A stretch of 64,000 bases of DNA from Candidatus Berkelbacteria bacterium. Lineage in GTDB: Bacteria > Patescibacteriota > UBA1384 > JACPKC01. This document shows positions 23,759-34,792 of this stretch, piece by piece; the stretch's first letter is position 1; every line of letters begins with the position of its first letter. The DNA lies in the NCBI GenBank assembly GCA_016187225.1, contig JACPKC010000006.1, positions 25,051 to 89,050 on the forward strand. The letters are read 5' to 3'. A model generated the notes under the pieces. The model saw only the letters and a program-made list of their open reading frames with translations. It was not told the origin of the DNA and ran no database searches. Made by a program: the position numbers and the translations under genes.

Positions 23759-24679
23759 TTATAGTTTGACGAATTTTCGAACTGCCATATAACTCATAGA
23801 AATCGATGTGCAGACCCCAATTAGGAGAAAAATTAATATAAGCCAGAATAAATTTTGTAAGAAGAAATCAAGCATATTGGGGGCCAAAAACTTGGCAATC
23901 GAGAGTAAGGGTGTCGAACTTGCGAGATCGTAGCGCAAGAAAAGATAAATTGTCGGCAGAGCCAATCCCGTCCCAATGACGCCAAAAAGCGCCGCCTCGA
24001 CTAAAAATGGCCAGCGCACAAAGGCTTCTGTTGAACCGACTAAGCGCATAATCTCAATCTCGTCGCTTCGAGAAAGAATGACCAGACGGGTCGTGTTATA
24101 AATGAGCACGTAGGACAAAAAAAGAAAAATGCCAGCTAAGATCCAGCCATTCTTGCGCACCGATTGAGCAGTTGTGACCAGACTTTCAATGACCGACTCA
24201 TTGTCTTGGTAGCTCACCCGCCGCACTGAAGCTTCATATTGAGACGAGTCAAAAATCCTGGCAATGGTGCTTAAATTCGCCGGATCATGCGCTCGAACTA
24301 TTAAGCTCCGCGGCAAAGGATTATCTTCGGGTGTAATTAAACTTTTTACCTTTTCCGAGGTACGTCGATCCTGCCAAATTTCATAGGCACGCTCTTTAGA
24401 AATATATTCGACCGTCTTAATATCGGGACGATTGACAAGTAAGCGACGAGTTTCTTGAATTGTCTCCTCGGAGACATCATCATTAAAGTAGACCGCAAGG
24501 TCGAGCTTGTCCTGGATGCCCTGGGTTGTATTAACAATCACCACGCTTTGAATCGCAAAAACACCGATAATGAAAAGTGTAATCGCGATTACGACGGTTG
24601 AAGCAACCGATAACCAACTGTTTCGGAAAAAATTAACCGCTCCCAGACGTAAAACGCGGCCAACGCTTCGCAAAGTCAT
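23759..24679 (-). CDS. ftsX: Cell division permease FtsX
   Basis: NPLP, EIEIMRLVGS..FVRWPFLVE. Confidence 0.93.
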   Translation of the reverse strand: MTLRSVGRVLRLGAVNFFRNSWLSVASTVVIAITLFIIGVFAIQSVVIVNTTQGIQDKLDLAVYFNDDVSEETIQETRRLLVNRPDIKTVEYISKERAYEIWQDRRTSEKVKSLITPEDNPLPRSLIVRAHDPANLSTIARIFDSSQYEASVRRVSYQDNESVIESLVTTAQSVRKNGWILAGIFLFLSYVLIYNTTRLVILSRSDEIEIMRLVGSTEAFVRWPFLVEAALFGVIGTGLALPTIYLFLRYDLASSTPLLSIAKFLAPNMLDFFLQNLFWLILIFLLIGVCTSISMSYMAVRKFVKL

Positions 24680-25404
24680 CCGTTTATCTCCTTACCCTGG
24701 TGACCGGGCAAAACATACCGACCGATCTTTTCGTCTGAAACTATTCGACCGTGTTCCATAGCAATAACTCGTCGTTTTAAGTTATTAACAACTTCTTTGT
24801 TATGAGTGGCCAAAAGAACAGTGGTTCCGCTCCGATTGATGCGTTCAAGAAGCTCGATAATCTCGCCGGTTGTAGCCGGATCAAGATTGCCGGTCGGCTC
24901 ATCGGCAATCAGAATTCGCGGCGAATGAATCATAGCCCGAGCAATGGCAACACGCTGTTTTTCGCCACCGGAAAGTTCATGCGGGTAGTTTTCACCCTTA
25001 TCAGCCAATCCGACTAGGGTCAAAATTTTTGGCACTCGCTCTCGAATTTCAGCCGTTGAAATATCAGATACTTCGAGCGCAAAGGCAATGTTTTCCCAAA
25101 CAGTTTTTGCGGGCAAAAGTTTAAAATCTTGAAAAACAACACCCACTTTGCGTCGATAATAAGGCAATTCACGTGGTTGCAAGAGTGTGATATCGCGCTC
25201 GGCAATTAAAATTTTGCCATGGTCGGGTTTCTCCTCGGCAATCAAAAGCCGGATCAGGGTGCTCTTACCGGCGCCAGACGGGCCAACGATGCTTACAAAT
25301 TCGCCCTTGGCGATCTCTATGTTGATGTCATCAACCGCGATTGCGCGAGTTCGAGAACCGGATGTCCGAACATAAGTTTTTGCGATGTGTTGCAACTCAA
25401 TCAA
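24676..25404 (-). CDS. ftsE: Cell division ATP-binding protein FtsE
   Basis: GPSGAGKST, VVFQDFKLL, LSGGE, ADEPTGNLD. Confidence 0.95.
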   Translation of the reverse strand: MIELQHIAKTYVRTSGSRTRAIAVDDINIEIAKGEFVSIVGPSGAGKSTLIRLLIAEEKPDHGKILIAERDITLLQPRELPYYRRKVGVVFQDFKLLPAKTVWENIAFALEVSDISTAEIRERVPKILTLVGLADKGENYPHELSGGEKQRVAIARAMIHSPRILIADEPTGNLDPATTGEIIELLERINRSGTTVLLATHNKEVVNNLKRRVIAMEHGRIVSDEKIGRYVLPGHQGKEING

Positions 25405-25507
25405 AACCCCTCCAAAATGATCTTGGGGACTTTAGACGCGCTTCTCTTGCATACAGAAACGTGTAAAATACGTCTATTTATAGGATAACAAATTCCTGGT
25501 CACACGA

Positions 25508-26410
25508 CTAGTGAAGAATTGATTTAAGAGAAGCGAGATTGCGCCTCATGCCTTCAACATAGCTTTCATTTTCATTCCCTGTCTCGAGCGGATCGAGTTC
25601 AGCGATTTTAATACCTAGATCCTGCGCCAATTGCTCAACAAGCGCCGGCGAAAATTGGGGTTCGGTAAAGAGTCCTTTGAGCTGATTCGACTCAACAATT
25701 GAACGAATCTCGGCGATGGTCCCGGGAGTCGGGGTTTCGCCCGGCGTCGCTTCGATAACCGCTACCTGTTCAAGCCCATAATCACGCGCAAAGTATTGAA
25801 AGGCGCTGTGAAAAGCAATAAATTTCTTCTGTGAAAATTGAGCAACAGCTTGGGTAATTTCCTGATCGAGGGATTTAAGTTGTGCTAGAAGTTGATCGGC
25901 ATTTTCTTGGTAATTGATGGCATGATTTGGATCGTTGTCAGAGAGCGCCTCGAGAATAGCGGTCGCTATTAGAGTGGCATTTTTGGGTGAAACCCAAAGA
26001 TGAGGATCGGTTCCAACCACGCCCTCTTCCTCGCCCTCAAGGAGTTGAATCGATTGAGAAAGCACACTCTCAAGTTCAAGAATTGGTAAATCTGATCGCT
26101 CAACTGATTCCAAAAGCGATTCCAGCCATTCTGTTTCTAGGTTAGCGCCATTGATAATCAGAAGATCGGCCGCCTTGAGCTCGGCAAGATTGGCTGGTGT
26201 CGGCTGATAATTGTGCACTTCTTGGCCGGAAGGAATAATTTGATCAACGCGCGCAAGATTACCTACGATTGGTTTTGTAAGCAGTGTCAGAGGATGAAAC
26301 GTGGTTACAACACGAAAACGCGCATCCTCTGCTTCAGGTTTCTTGAGCCACCAAGCGACAATGCCACCGATGGCTATCACCAATAACAATAGCCCGTACC
26401 AGTATTTCAT
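25508..26410 (-). CDS. ZnuA/TroA-family metal ABC substrate-binding protein
   Basis: EVHNYQPTP, DPHLWVSP, FHSAFQYF, LDPL. Confidence 0.92.
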   Translation of the reverse strand: MKYWYGLLLLVIAIGGIVAWWLKKPEAEDARFRVVTTFHPLTLLTKPIVGNLARVDQIIPSGQEVHNYQPTPANLAELKAADLLIINGANLETEWLESLLESVERSDLPILELESVLSQSIQLLEGEEEGVVGTDPHLWVSPKNATLIATAILEALSDNDPNHAINYQENADQLLAQLKSLDQEITQAVAQFSQKKFIAFHSAFQYFARDYGLEQVAVIEATPGETPTPGTIAEIRSIVESNQLKGLFTEPQFSPALVEQLAQDLGIKIAELDPLETGNENESYVEGMRRNLASLKSILH

Positions 26411-26588
26411 CTATTTTTAGAATAATCTCATTCACTAGCTAAAGCAAATTAGGACATTCTCACTTTTCCCGTTTTCGATATTGCGGCATCTCAAAGCTGG
26501 TCACCGCTCTTGTGTTTTGAGAGCAATTTTGGTAAACATCAGAGTTTGGCAACCTTTAAAATTTGGTCAGAAAAAGGAGGAAGAAAAA

Positions 26589-27443
26589 ATGCGGAATCAT
26601 GTTGAGTTGGCTGATTGGCTAGCTCAAACCTTTATCGTAAATGTCACAAGAGCCTGGCAATCTCCAACGTTCGATGATATGTACGCCTGCCTCATCGGCT
26701 GTCCGAAGTCGCAATCGAGCCCGCCGACACTGGACAGTGATCTTCCTAAATTAGGCGAGCAACTCAATTTATCCGAGTGGCAAAAGCTTGATCAACGCGT
26801 GAGCTGGATTCGGAAGAAAGAGTGGCTCTTTGCCGATGTCAACGGCGGCGTGAGACTCGTGCAAGATCCCGATCCGAATCTCATCCGACTTTACTTGAAT
26901 ACGCGGCGAAGTTTTTATCCGATCTACATCGATAAAATCGTTCGCCTGTTTGCCACTTTGGACCTCAAATTGAGAACCAAAGTCTGCACTCTCAAGTCCC
27001 GCTGGGACAACTATGATGGTATTACCATCTATGTTCGCCCTTACTACTTCAATCAAGTACTTGCCGCTGTCCGCCACAATCTTGATCATAAGATTTTCAT
27101 TCGATCTACAACGTCAAGGGTAGCGCGACAAGTTTTTGGAGGAGTTTACATTGCCCAGGAACCCGACCAGAGGCGAACCAGCTTTCATGGGAGGATTGCA
27201 AACGCAATCTCATCGGCGATTTATGAATCTCGAGAAGTCGGTGCCTTGATAATTGTCCCGCGTCAGACACGCGGGGGGCAACTCGAGGGCTGGAGCCTAG
27301 AAATTCTTAGCCAAGCTACCTGGCATGTTCAGCTCGGGGCCAGTCTCAAAAATTGGGGGGTTGACCCGAATCGAATTTATCTCAATCTGGCAATCGAATC
27401 CGAGGTTCGATCCGCAATTTGGAGATCACTCGGTTCACTGTAA
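26589..27443 (+). CDS. Hypothetical protein, possibly HopA1-like
   Basis: AAGGAGG RBS; RLYLN...KV...DGITIY...QEP...SF pattern; own terminator. Confidence 0.5.
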   Translation: MRNHVELADWLAQTFIVNVTRAWQSPTFDDMYACLIGCPKSQSSPPTLDSDLPKLGEQLNLSEWQKLDQRVSWIRKKEWLFADVNGGVRLVQDPDPNLIRLYLNTRRSFYPIYIDKIVRLFATLDLKLRTKVCTLKSRWDNYDGITIYVRPYYFNQVLAAVRHNLDHKIFIRSTTSRVARQVFGGVYIAQEPDQRRTSFHGRIANAISSAIYESREVGALIIVPRQTRGGQLEGWSLEILSQATWHVQLGASLKNWGVDPNRIYLNLAIESEVRSAIWRSLGSL

Positions 27444-27457
27444 AGGAGGATTTTCGC

Positions 27458-27484
27458 AAACGACGCCTCCGAGGCGTCGTTTTT
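27458..27484 (+). terminator. Intrinsic terminator
   Basis: aaacgacgcctc-c-gaggcgtcgttt inverted repeat plus T tract. Confidence 0.75.
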
Positions 27485-27485
27485 C

Positions 27486-28328
27486 TTATCTAACCACTAA
27501 ATTTTTGAGAATTGAGATATTTTTTTTATCTGGGCCAGTATTATCAAAACCAGGAACTTCGAGAAGCCAAGGAAGCTTACAAAGTATCGGGTTTTCCAAC
27601 ATTGCCTTAAAGCCCGCCAGACCGATCTCGCCTTCACCAATGTTTTCGTGACGATCGCGGTGGCGTCCCAGTTCAAATTTTGAATCATTGGCGTGCATCA
27701 CTGCCAAACGCTCAAGACTCACAGCTATATCAAAATCCTTCAATAACTTGCGAAGCGTCTCTGGGGATCGAACGTCGTAACCAGCGGCAAAAAGATGACA
27801 AGTATCAAGACAGACCTTGACTCGCTGGGAGTTAACACCTTTTACTATCAGCGCAAGTTCTTCAAAATTCGACCCGATTACGCCACCTTGGCCAGCGGTG
27901 TTCTCAATAATTAACTGGCTTTTGCCTTGTGCGCGATGAAGAACTTCATCGACTGCCTTAATAACCTGTTGGATAGCCTCATCAGCGTCTCTTCCCTTGC
28001 GCGAACCAATATGAAAAATTACACCTTGAGAGCCGATTTGGTCAGCGACAGTTAAGGCATGTACCAAGGCATCGACTGATTTTTCTAGAAGCTCCTGGTT
28101 GTCTGTTGCCAAATTCACCAGGTACATTCCATGAATAAAAACCGGCGCGAGATTATGTTCGACAATGCCCAGCTTAAATTGCCTTACTTGCTGATCGGTA
28201 ATCACGGTTTGGCGCCACTGGCGCGGCGAGGTGACAAAAATTTGAAAACAATTAGCGCCAATTGAAAGAGCGCGTTGAATGGCTAAATCGACCCCACCAG
28301 CGACCGAGACGTGCCCGCCAATCTTCAA
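27486..28328 (-). CDS. nfo: Endonuclease IV
   Basis: GGHVS, ENTAGQG, CLDTCH, HANDS, DRHENIG. Confidence 0.96.
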   Translation of the reverse strand: MKIGGHVSVAGGVDLAIQRALSIGANCFQIFVTSPRQWRQTVITDQQVRQFKLGIVEHNLAPVFIHGMYLVNLATDNQELLEKSVDALVHALTVADQIGSQGVIFHIGSRKGRDADEAIQQVIKAVDEVLHRAQGKSQLIIENTAGQGGVIGSNFEELALIVKGVNSQRVKVCLDTCHLFAAGYDVRSPETLRKLLKDFDIAVSLERLAVMHANDSKFELGRHRDRHENIGEGEIGLAGFKAMLENPILCKLPWLLEVPGFDNTGPDKKNISILKNLVVR

Positions 28329-29098
28329 GCATGACCCCCTAGAAGTTGTGTCAGTTCAGCATGTAATTTCCCATTTGAGGCAAGAGCGGCACGACTCTTG
28401 AGCTTCATCGGCTGGTTATTGATGTCCGTTAGTTTGCCGCCCGCCTCTTCGAGTATCAAACGTGCCGCTACCCATTCCCATGGCTGAAGATCAAAATGCA
28501 AAAAAGCATCATGGATACCAGCCGCAACTGAACAGATTTCCAGTGCGGGCGCCTCGCGGGTTTTAAGTTGCCGGACTTTGTCCTTAATAAGCATTGCGGC
28601 CTCAAAACCTCGATCGCGACCCGCTCCGTGCCCAAAACCGGTAAGAACATACGAATCTTCAAGTCGAGATGTTGTTCGAGCAGTTAAGCGAGTATCTTGG
28701 AAGAAAGCGCCGCCGCCCTTGATAGCTGTATACAAACACCGCTTACTTGGCACCGAGACTACCCCAACTAAAGGTTCCCCATTTTCAACCCAGGCAACAG
28801 TCGTTGCAAAATGCTCATCGCCAGTGGCAAAATTTTCAGCGCCATTCAACGAATCAACGACCCAGAAACTCGGACTGGCCGGCGCCTCACCCATCTGTTT
28901 CCCCCAGATGACCTCTCGTGGATATACCTGACTTAAAAAAATTCGGATCGCCTCTCGACTTACTCTGTCAGCCTCAAGAACGCCCTTGTCTCGATCGCCC
29001 TTATGCCACTCACCCTCAAATTGGCGGCGTAATTCGTCACCGGAAATAAATGAGGCTTGCTTGGCAACTTGTAAACGAGTTTGTAGATCAACTGCCAT
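28325..29098 (-). CDS. Inositol monophosphatase-family protein (divergent metal motifs)
   Basis: WVVDSLNGAENF (canonical DPxDGTxNF), VAAG..DAF...PWEWVAA. Confidence 0.8.
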   Translation of the reverse strand: MAVDLQTRLQVAKQASFISGDELRRQFEGEWHKGDRDKGVLEADRVSREAIRIFLSQVYPREVIWGKQMGEAPASPSFWVVDSLNGAENFATGDEHFATTVAWVENGEPLVGVVSVPSKRCLYTAIKGGGAFFQDTRLTARTTSRLEDSYVLTGFGHGAGRDRGFEAAMLIKDKVRQLKTREAPALEICSVAAGIHDAFLHFDLQPWEWVAARLILEEAGGKLTDINNQPMKLKSRAALASNGKLHAELTQLLGGHA

Positions 29099-29100
29099 TT

Positions 29101-29685
29101 TTACTCCATTTGATTATTTGTATATATAATAAAATGCGCGATGTCATCGTTTGTCACGAGAAGAGTATGATCCGTGGTCAATATAAGACCACGATTCGGC
29201 CGAACCTGAAAACCGAGATAAACAACTGGAATGTGTTTGGCTTTAGCAGCATAAACCACCGGCTGAAGATCAGAATCAGAGCTTGCGAGAATGATTTTCC
29301 CAACCTTGTCTTCGTAAATATCTTGCAAGATGTCGACGGCAATACGAACATCGACCCCTTTTTCTTCAAATGTTATGCCGTCGTTACGAACTCGACTCCG
29401 CACGCTTCCACCAGTAATATAGCGAAAACCTTGCTGTTCCAGGTGTTTGCGCAGTTGCGCTTCGCGTTCAATTAATTCCTGGGACTTTTCTTGAGTGTGT
29501 CGGCTTGAGTGCAGTTTGGCAAAATAGAAGGTTGCTAGATCAACATTTTCATTCTTGAATAGATGATTAAAAAGTCCCCAAAAATCATAGTGAGTAAGAT
29601 CGTTTAATAAGCCTCGCCGCCGCAAGATACTCCTAATTCGGGCGAATAAATTTTGCCCGTCAATGTAGAGGTGAGTAGATTTCAT
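29101..29685 (-). CDS. NYN-domain (LabA/DUF88) protein
   Basis: YIDGQN, EKGVDV.IAVD, SSDSD. Confidence 0.9.
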   Translation of the reverse strand: MKSTHLYIDGQNLFARIRSILRRRGLLNDLTHYDFWGLFNHLFKNENVDLATFYFAKLHSSRHTQEKSQELIEREAQLRKHLEQQGFRYITGGSVRSRVRNDGITFEEKGVDVRIAVDILQDIYEDKVGKIILASSDSDLQPVVYAAKAKHIPVVYLGFQVRPNRGLILTTDHTLLVTNDDIAHFIIYTNNQME

Positions 29686-29784
29686 AATAAATCGAAATGA
29701 GGAAGAAATGAGATCGAAAAGATAATTGACTATACCATATTAAGCATTTTCCAGGTAGGTAGATCTTAATCCCCTGCTTCGGTT

Positions 29785-30414
29785 TTAGCTCGAACTATCT
29801 TTTCGCCAATCGCCAGCAACATAGCGGTTGCGATTTGATGTTAAATGCCAAGCGTGAGGATCAGCCGTGACAATTTGATCCCATAAAGCTTGAGCTGTTT
29901 TCGTAAATAGAGTCGGATAAACATTTTTCTTTCGGCTTTCAATCCAGATTTCACCCATCGAGTGCCCCCTCTTGCGAAGCTCACTTAACTCAAGCTCAAC
30001 ATCGATATTATCGGCGTCTTTAACAATCTTTGCCTCAATACTTTGCCTCGATTCATATTCTTGAGCAAGCGCCAACATCTCCGCTTCATGAATTGTGCCA
30101 TCAAAAGTATCTTGCGTTGCCAGCGCGTCATCTCGCTTGGTGTACTGACGAGAAAGATAATGCACATCCCCCGTGCGGCTTTCAGCCACATCATGCAAAA
30201 GCGCCAGCTTTAAAATTTTTTCGTGATCGCCGGCGCCTTCTAATTTGGCAATCGTAAACGCAATCCACGCGACCCGAAAGAGATGCTCGGCGCAATTCGC
30301 CGTCTCGGGGCCAAGAAACTGCTTCCACACCCGATCTAGGTGACGAAGTGTTCCAATTTCATAAAGCAACTCAACATCACGCGCAAGTGTTGGGATTTTA
30401 GTTTCATTCCCCAT
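29785..30414 (-). CDS. HD-domain hydrolase (YfbR-like)
   Basis: AEH, LLHDVAESRTGD, VKDAD. Confidence 0.9.
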   Translation of the reverse strand: MGNETKIPTLARDVELLYEIGTLRHLDRVWKQFLGPETANCAEHLFRVAWIAFTIAKLEGAGDHEKILKLALLHDVAESRTGDVHYLSRQYTKRDDALATQDTFDGTIHEAEMLALAQEYESRQSIEAKIVKDADNIDVELELSELRKRGHSMGEIWIESRKKNVYPTLFTKTAQALWDQIVTADPHAWHLTSNRNRYVAGDWRKDSSS

Positions 30415-30441
30415 ACTGCCTCCTCTTAACCTGATAAGTAT

Positions 30442-33084
30442 TTAAGCCCCGTGGCATTTTTTGAATTTTTTGCCCGATCCACATGGGCAAGGGTTGTTGC
30501 GACCAACCTTGCCATAGGGGTTGGGTGTGTTAATAGGTTTAGGTACGACAGTCGAAACACTAGCGCCCGGTCCGCGAACAATAATGGCAACTTTGTTTTT
30601 TGGTGGCGCTGTGGGCGATGTCGGTCTAGTTGACAACGAAGTGGCATCCCTGTGTTCTAATTTCATTGTGACACGAGGAGTTGCTTGAGACTGCGAACTC
30701 TCTGCTGTTCTCACTTCGAGCTTCATCAACATCTCTACAACCTGATTTTCTATCTCGTCTTTTAATTTTGTGAAGAGGCCAAAAGCCGCATCTTTGTACT
30801 CGACAAGCGGATCGCGTTGAGCATAGCCTTTAAGACCGATGCCTTCACGCAAGTGTTGCATAGTCGAAAGATGGTCGACCCACAAAGCGTCAATTGTGCG
30901 CAAATAAATTAGTCGTTCCAAAGAATAAAATTGCGCTTCGTCAACTGAAATTATTTTTTGCTTAAAATCCTCGATCTCATCGGGGTGTAAAAGTTCGAGC
31001 ACTTCCTCATGAAGCCGACGATCAGTTTCCACATTCATTAGGAGAATTCTGCGTCGCTTGCGATAAATAACTTCACGTTGCTGATTGATTACATCGTCGT
31101 ACTCAACCAAATGTTTGCGAATGTCAAAATTATGCCCCTCAACCCGCCGCTGGGCCTGCTCGATGGAACTCGTTATAAGCTTATGTCGAATCGGTTCATT
31201 ATCAGGAAGGCCGAGTCGATTCATCATGCTCTTGAGGCGATCGCCGGCGAAGATCCTCATTAAATCATCGTCAAGAGAAACGTAAAATTGCGACTCCCCT
31301 GGATCACCTTGGCGGCCAGAACGACCACGGAGTTGATTATCAATGCGGCGAGCTTCGTGACGTTCAGTGCCAATCACGGCTAGACCGCCCGCTGATAGGA
31401 CCTCTTGGTGACACGCTTCCCAGGCAGTTATATCTTGTTTAGATGCGCCCAGGCCAGGTTTTTTGCCGCCCAGCAAAATATCAACGCCGCGCCCTGCCAT
31501 ATTAGTCGCCACAGTTACACGCCCTGGTTCGCCTGCGTGCTCAACAATTTTTGCCTCGCGTTCGTGTTGTTTAGCATTTAACACGTCGTGCTTAATGCCC
31601 GCGCGCTTCAAAAGTTTCGAAAGACGTTCAGACTTTTCAATTGAGATTGTCCCTACCAACACCGGCTGTTGCTTTTGAGCGTGACGTTTGATTTCTTCGA
31701 CAATAGCTGTAAATTTGGCGCTCTCGGTTTTATAAATTACATCATCGTGGTCAAGGCGAATCATGGGCCGATGGGTTGGAATCTCGACGACATCCAGATT
31801 ATAGATTTTTGCAAACTCTTCGGCTTCAGTCGCGGCTGTACCGGTCATGCCAGCAAGTTTACCGTACATGCGAAAAAGATTCTGAAATGTGATTGTGGCC
31901 ATGGTTTTGGATTCCTGGCGCACCTTAACTTTTTCTTTCGCTTCAATTGCCTGATGTAAACCTTCGGAGTAGCGCCGACCCGGCATCAGTCGACCCGTAA
32001 ATTCGTCAACGATAATCACCTCGCCATTTTTAACTACATAGTCGCGATCGCGCTGAAAAAGAGCCTGCGCTTTGAGCGCTTCTTCGAGGTGGTGAACCAA
32101 GTGGACGGTTGTGTCAGCGTATAAATTTTTAACGCCTAGCGCTGATTCGACTTTGTGAATGCCGCTATCAGTCATCGTTACATAACGCTCCTTTTCGTTG
32201 ACAAGATAGTCTGTATTGATCGCGAGCTTTGGGATAATTTGGGCAAATTTAGCATATAAATCCGCAGATTCCTCGGCCGCGGCGGAGATGATGAGTGGAG
32301 TGCGAGCTTCATCAATTAAGATAGAATCAACTTCATCGACGATGGCAAAAATTAACTCTCTTTGCGTCAGGCGATCGGGTTGGACAGCCATATTGTCACG
32401 CAGATAGTCAAAACCAAATTCATTGTTCGTGCCGTATGTAATATCGCAAGCATAGGCTTCACCGCGAGTGCAAGGCACTAGATTTGGCCAATCAGAATTT
32501 GAATTTGGAATATCTGATTTCAGATCATTTTCTGTTTTCTGTTTTCTGTTTTCTGTTGCTTCCGGCGAGTAGCGCCAGCTCTGCTCCTGTTGGCCAATCA
32601 CGCCAACCGATAAATCCAGAAAAGTGTAGAGCGGGCCGTTTGAGTGAGCGCCAACTTTTGCCAAATAATCATTCGGCGTTACTAGGTGAGCGCCCCGACC
32701 GGCAAGGGCATTCAAAACGAGCGGCAAAGTTGCCACTAAAGTCTTACCCTCACCCGTTCTCATTTCAGCGATTTTGCCTTGATGAAGAACGATTCCACCT
32801 GCCAACTGAACGTCAAAATGTCGCAGACCCAAGGTACGTTTACTCACTTCACGAACGTACGCAAATACCTCGGGTAGTCTTTCATTAAGAAAGCTCTTCT
32901 GGGTTTCCAGATTACTCATTGTACGAACGTCAAAAAAATGTTTTTTAAACTGCTCCTTAAGTTCCTGGCCGGAAAATTTTTCAAGTTTCAACTCGAGTGC
33001 GTTGATCGTATCAATGAGTGGCTGGATTTTTTTAAGCTCTTGAGCGTTTGGATCGCCAAAAAGTTTTTTCAGTAGACTTGTCAT
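30442..33084 (-). CDS. secA: Preprotein translocase SecA
   Basis: [36 protein letters not shown]-terminal [12 protein letters not shown]. Confidence 0.99.
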   Translation of the reverse strand: MTSLLKKLFGDPNAQELKKIQPLIDTINALELKLEKFSGQELKEQFKKHFFDVRTMSNLETQKSFLNERLPEVFAYVREVSKRTLGLRHFDVQLAGGIVLHQGKIAEMRTGEGKTLVATLPLVLNALAGRGAHLVTPNDYLAKVGAHSNGPLYTFLDLSVGVIGQQEQSWRYSPEATENRKQKTENDLKSDIPNSNSDWPNLVPCTRGEAYACDITYGTNNEFGFDYLRDNMAVQPDRLTQRELIFAIVDEVDSILIDEARTPLIISAAAEESADLYAKFAQIIPKLAINTDYLVNEKERYVTMTDSGIHKVESALGVKNLYADTTVHLVHHLEEALKAQALFQRDRDYVVKNGEVIIVDEFTGRLMPGRRYSEGLHQAIEAKEKVKVRQESKTMATITFQNLFRMYGKLAGMTGTAATEAEEFAKIYNLDVVEIPTHRPMIRLDHDDVIYKTESAKFTAIVEEIKRHAQKQQPVLVGTISIEKSERLSKLLKRAGIKHDVLNAKQHEREAKIVEHAGEPGRVTVATNMAGRGVDILLGGKKPGLGASKQDITAWEACHQEVLSAGGLAVIGTERHEARRIDNQLRGRSGRQGDPGESQFYVSLDDDLMRIFAGDRLKSMMNRLGLPDNEPIRHKLITSSIEQAQRRVEGHNFDIRKHLVEYDDVINQQREVIYRKRRRILLMNVETDRRLHEEVLELLHPDEIEDFKQKIISVDEAQFYSLERLIYLRTIDALWVDHLSTMQHLREGIGLKGYAQRDPLVEYKDAAFGLFTKLKDEIENQVVEMLMKLEVRTAESSQSQATPRVTMKLEHRDATSLSTRPTSPTAPPKNKVAIIVRGPGASVSTVVPKPINTPNPYGKVGRNNPCPCGSGKKFKKCHGA
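32528..32555. repeat. Heptamer microsatellite (TTTTCTG)x4 within secA
   Basis: Four perfect tandem copies encoding part of [10 protein letters not shown]. Confidence 0.9.
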
Positions 33085-33494
33085 TCTCTACGCCTTCGAA
33101 AACGACCGAGGAGTCTGCGAGGAGTCGAAAGTGTGCTTGAGAGCCAATCACGTATTCTAATTTTACGCTCCGCATTCCGACTTTTCTTAATTAATTTATC
33201 ATGACGCTTGCGAAGATATCTCTCGGTTTTCTTGTAAAGTCGATCAAAGGCGGTGCGAAAATCTTCCGCTAATGCTTCAGCGTGGAATGTCCTTGGCTCC
33301 TTGGTGACCGCCACGGCAACATGCACATAGTGCGTTTTACCTTTTCGAGTGCTGTGAATATGTTCGGCACGAAGATCAAGTTGCGTGGGTTCGGGAACAT
33401 ATCGATCAAGTTTTTCAAAAAGTTTAACTGCCGAATCTTGGAGCGATCGATTAAGCTTATGCTCTTTATCGAGAAGCTTGAAAGTTACTTGCAT
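33081..33494 (-). CDS. HPF/RaiA-family ribosome-associated protein
   Basis: KLDRY...[12 protein letters not shown] pattern; upstream of secA. Confidence 0.75.
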   Translation of the reverse strand: MQVTFKLLDKEHKLNRSLQDSAVKLFEKLDRYVPEPTQLDLRAEHIHSTRKGKTHYVHVAVAVTKEPRTFHAEALAEDFRTAFDRLYKKTERYLRKRHDKLIKKSRNAERKIRIRDWLSSTLSTPRRLLGRFRRRRE

Positions 33495-33502
33495 TCAGCC
33501 TC

Positions 33503-34777
33503 CTAATGATTTTTTGGTCTTAAACTATCAATCCCTCCAAGATATTCACGCAGGGCGGCTGGGATTTTGATCGAGCCATCACCGGTTTGATGATTTTCCA
33601 GGAGCGCAATCAGGATTCGCGGCGAAGCGATGACGGTGTTGTTGAGAGTGTAAACGTAGCGCTTTTGCCGTTTTGCGTCGAGGTATTGAATACCCAACCG
33701 GCGCGCCTGCCAGTCGCCGAGGGCAGAATTAGAGTGCGTTTCGCCATAACTTTGACGCGAGGGCATCCAAGTCTCAATATCATGCATCCGCGTCTTGCCG
33801 ACGCCCATCTCAACCGTAGCGATATCAACAACGCGATAAGGCAGTTCCAAAAGCTTAAGCATCTTTTCAGCAAGAGCGAGCATTTCGTTAAACAATTTTT
33901 CCTGTTCAGCCTCATCGGCTCCACATAGGATTACCTGCTCGACTTTCAAAAACTCGTGCAGTCGATATAATCCTTTAGTATCTTTGCCGTGACTGCCCGC
34001 TTCGCTTCTGTAACACTGCGAGACCCCACAAACCTTCTTGGGCAAATCTTGCTCCTTAAACGTCTCGCCAGCAAAGTAAGATAAAAGAGCTGGCTCGGCT
34101 GTTCCAGCAAGAAAGCGGCGTTCTTTGGCATTGACATCTTCTAGGCGAGTAATGTTGCCAACTTGGTAAATTTCTGACCGGCCTGAAGGAAAGTGGCCGC
34201 TACCAACCAGCGCAAACTCACGCACAATCGTCGGCGGCACCATAAGCGTGAAATCGTGTTCGCGCATCAACCTTAGCGCCAATAGCATAAGACCCTGATG
34301 TAAAAGCACAGCCTCATTTTTTAAGTAATAACCTCGGAAACCGCCAACTTTTGCCCCGCGCTCGGTATCGATTAAATCAAGCTCGCGACCAATGGTCAGA
34401 TGATCTTTTGGTTCAAACCCAAGTTTTGGCGGCTCACCCTCAACCCGAACCACTCGATTCATTGACTCGTCACCCACCGGGGCTTCAGGTGAAGGGATTT
34501 GCGGCACAAGTAACATTAGTTCCCGAAAACGCTCTTCAATCTGGGCTATTTTTGGAGCTAGTGCCTGGAGCTCTCGTTTGAGCATCGGGCCATGCTCTTT
34601 GGCTTGCTCGGGCAATAATCTGTTCCGCTCACCGAGTAAACGATCGCGCGCAGTAATTAATTTGCGACGCGATTCATCAATGCGAAGCAACGCATCAAGA
34701 TCAAGCGCCAGCTCCTTTTGAGCGATCGCTGTTTTCACCTTTTCCGAATTGGTCCTAATAAACTCGATATCTAACAT
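33503..34777 (-). CDS. serS: Seryl-tRNA synthetase
   Basis: MLDIEFIR, GTAE, YRSEAG, RLHEFLKVEQ, TLNNT. Confidence 0.97.
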   Translation of the reverse strand: MLDIEFIRTNSEKVKTAIAQKELALDLDALLRIDESRRKLITARDRLLGERNRLLPEQAKEHGPMLKRELQALAPKIAQIEERFRELMLLVPQIPSPEAPVGDESMNRVVRVEGEPPKLGFEPKDHLTIGRELDLIDTERGAKVGGFRGYYLKNEAVLLHQGLMLLALRLMREHDFTLMVPPTIVREFALVGSGHFPSGRSEIYQVGNITRLEDVNAKERRFLAGTAEPALLSYFAGETFKEQDLPKKVCGVSQCYRSEAGSHGKDTKGLYRLHEFLKVEQVILCGADEAEQEKLFNEMLALAEKMLKLLELPYRVVDIATVEMGVGKTRMHDIETWMPSRQSYGETHSNSALGDWQARRLGIQYLDAKRQKRYVYTLNNTVIASPRILIALLENHQTGDGSIKIPAALREYLGGIDSLRPKNH

Positions 34778-34792
34778 TGTTACCTCATAAAT

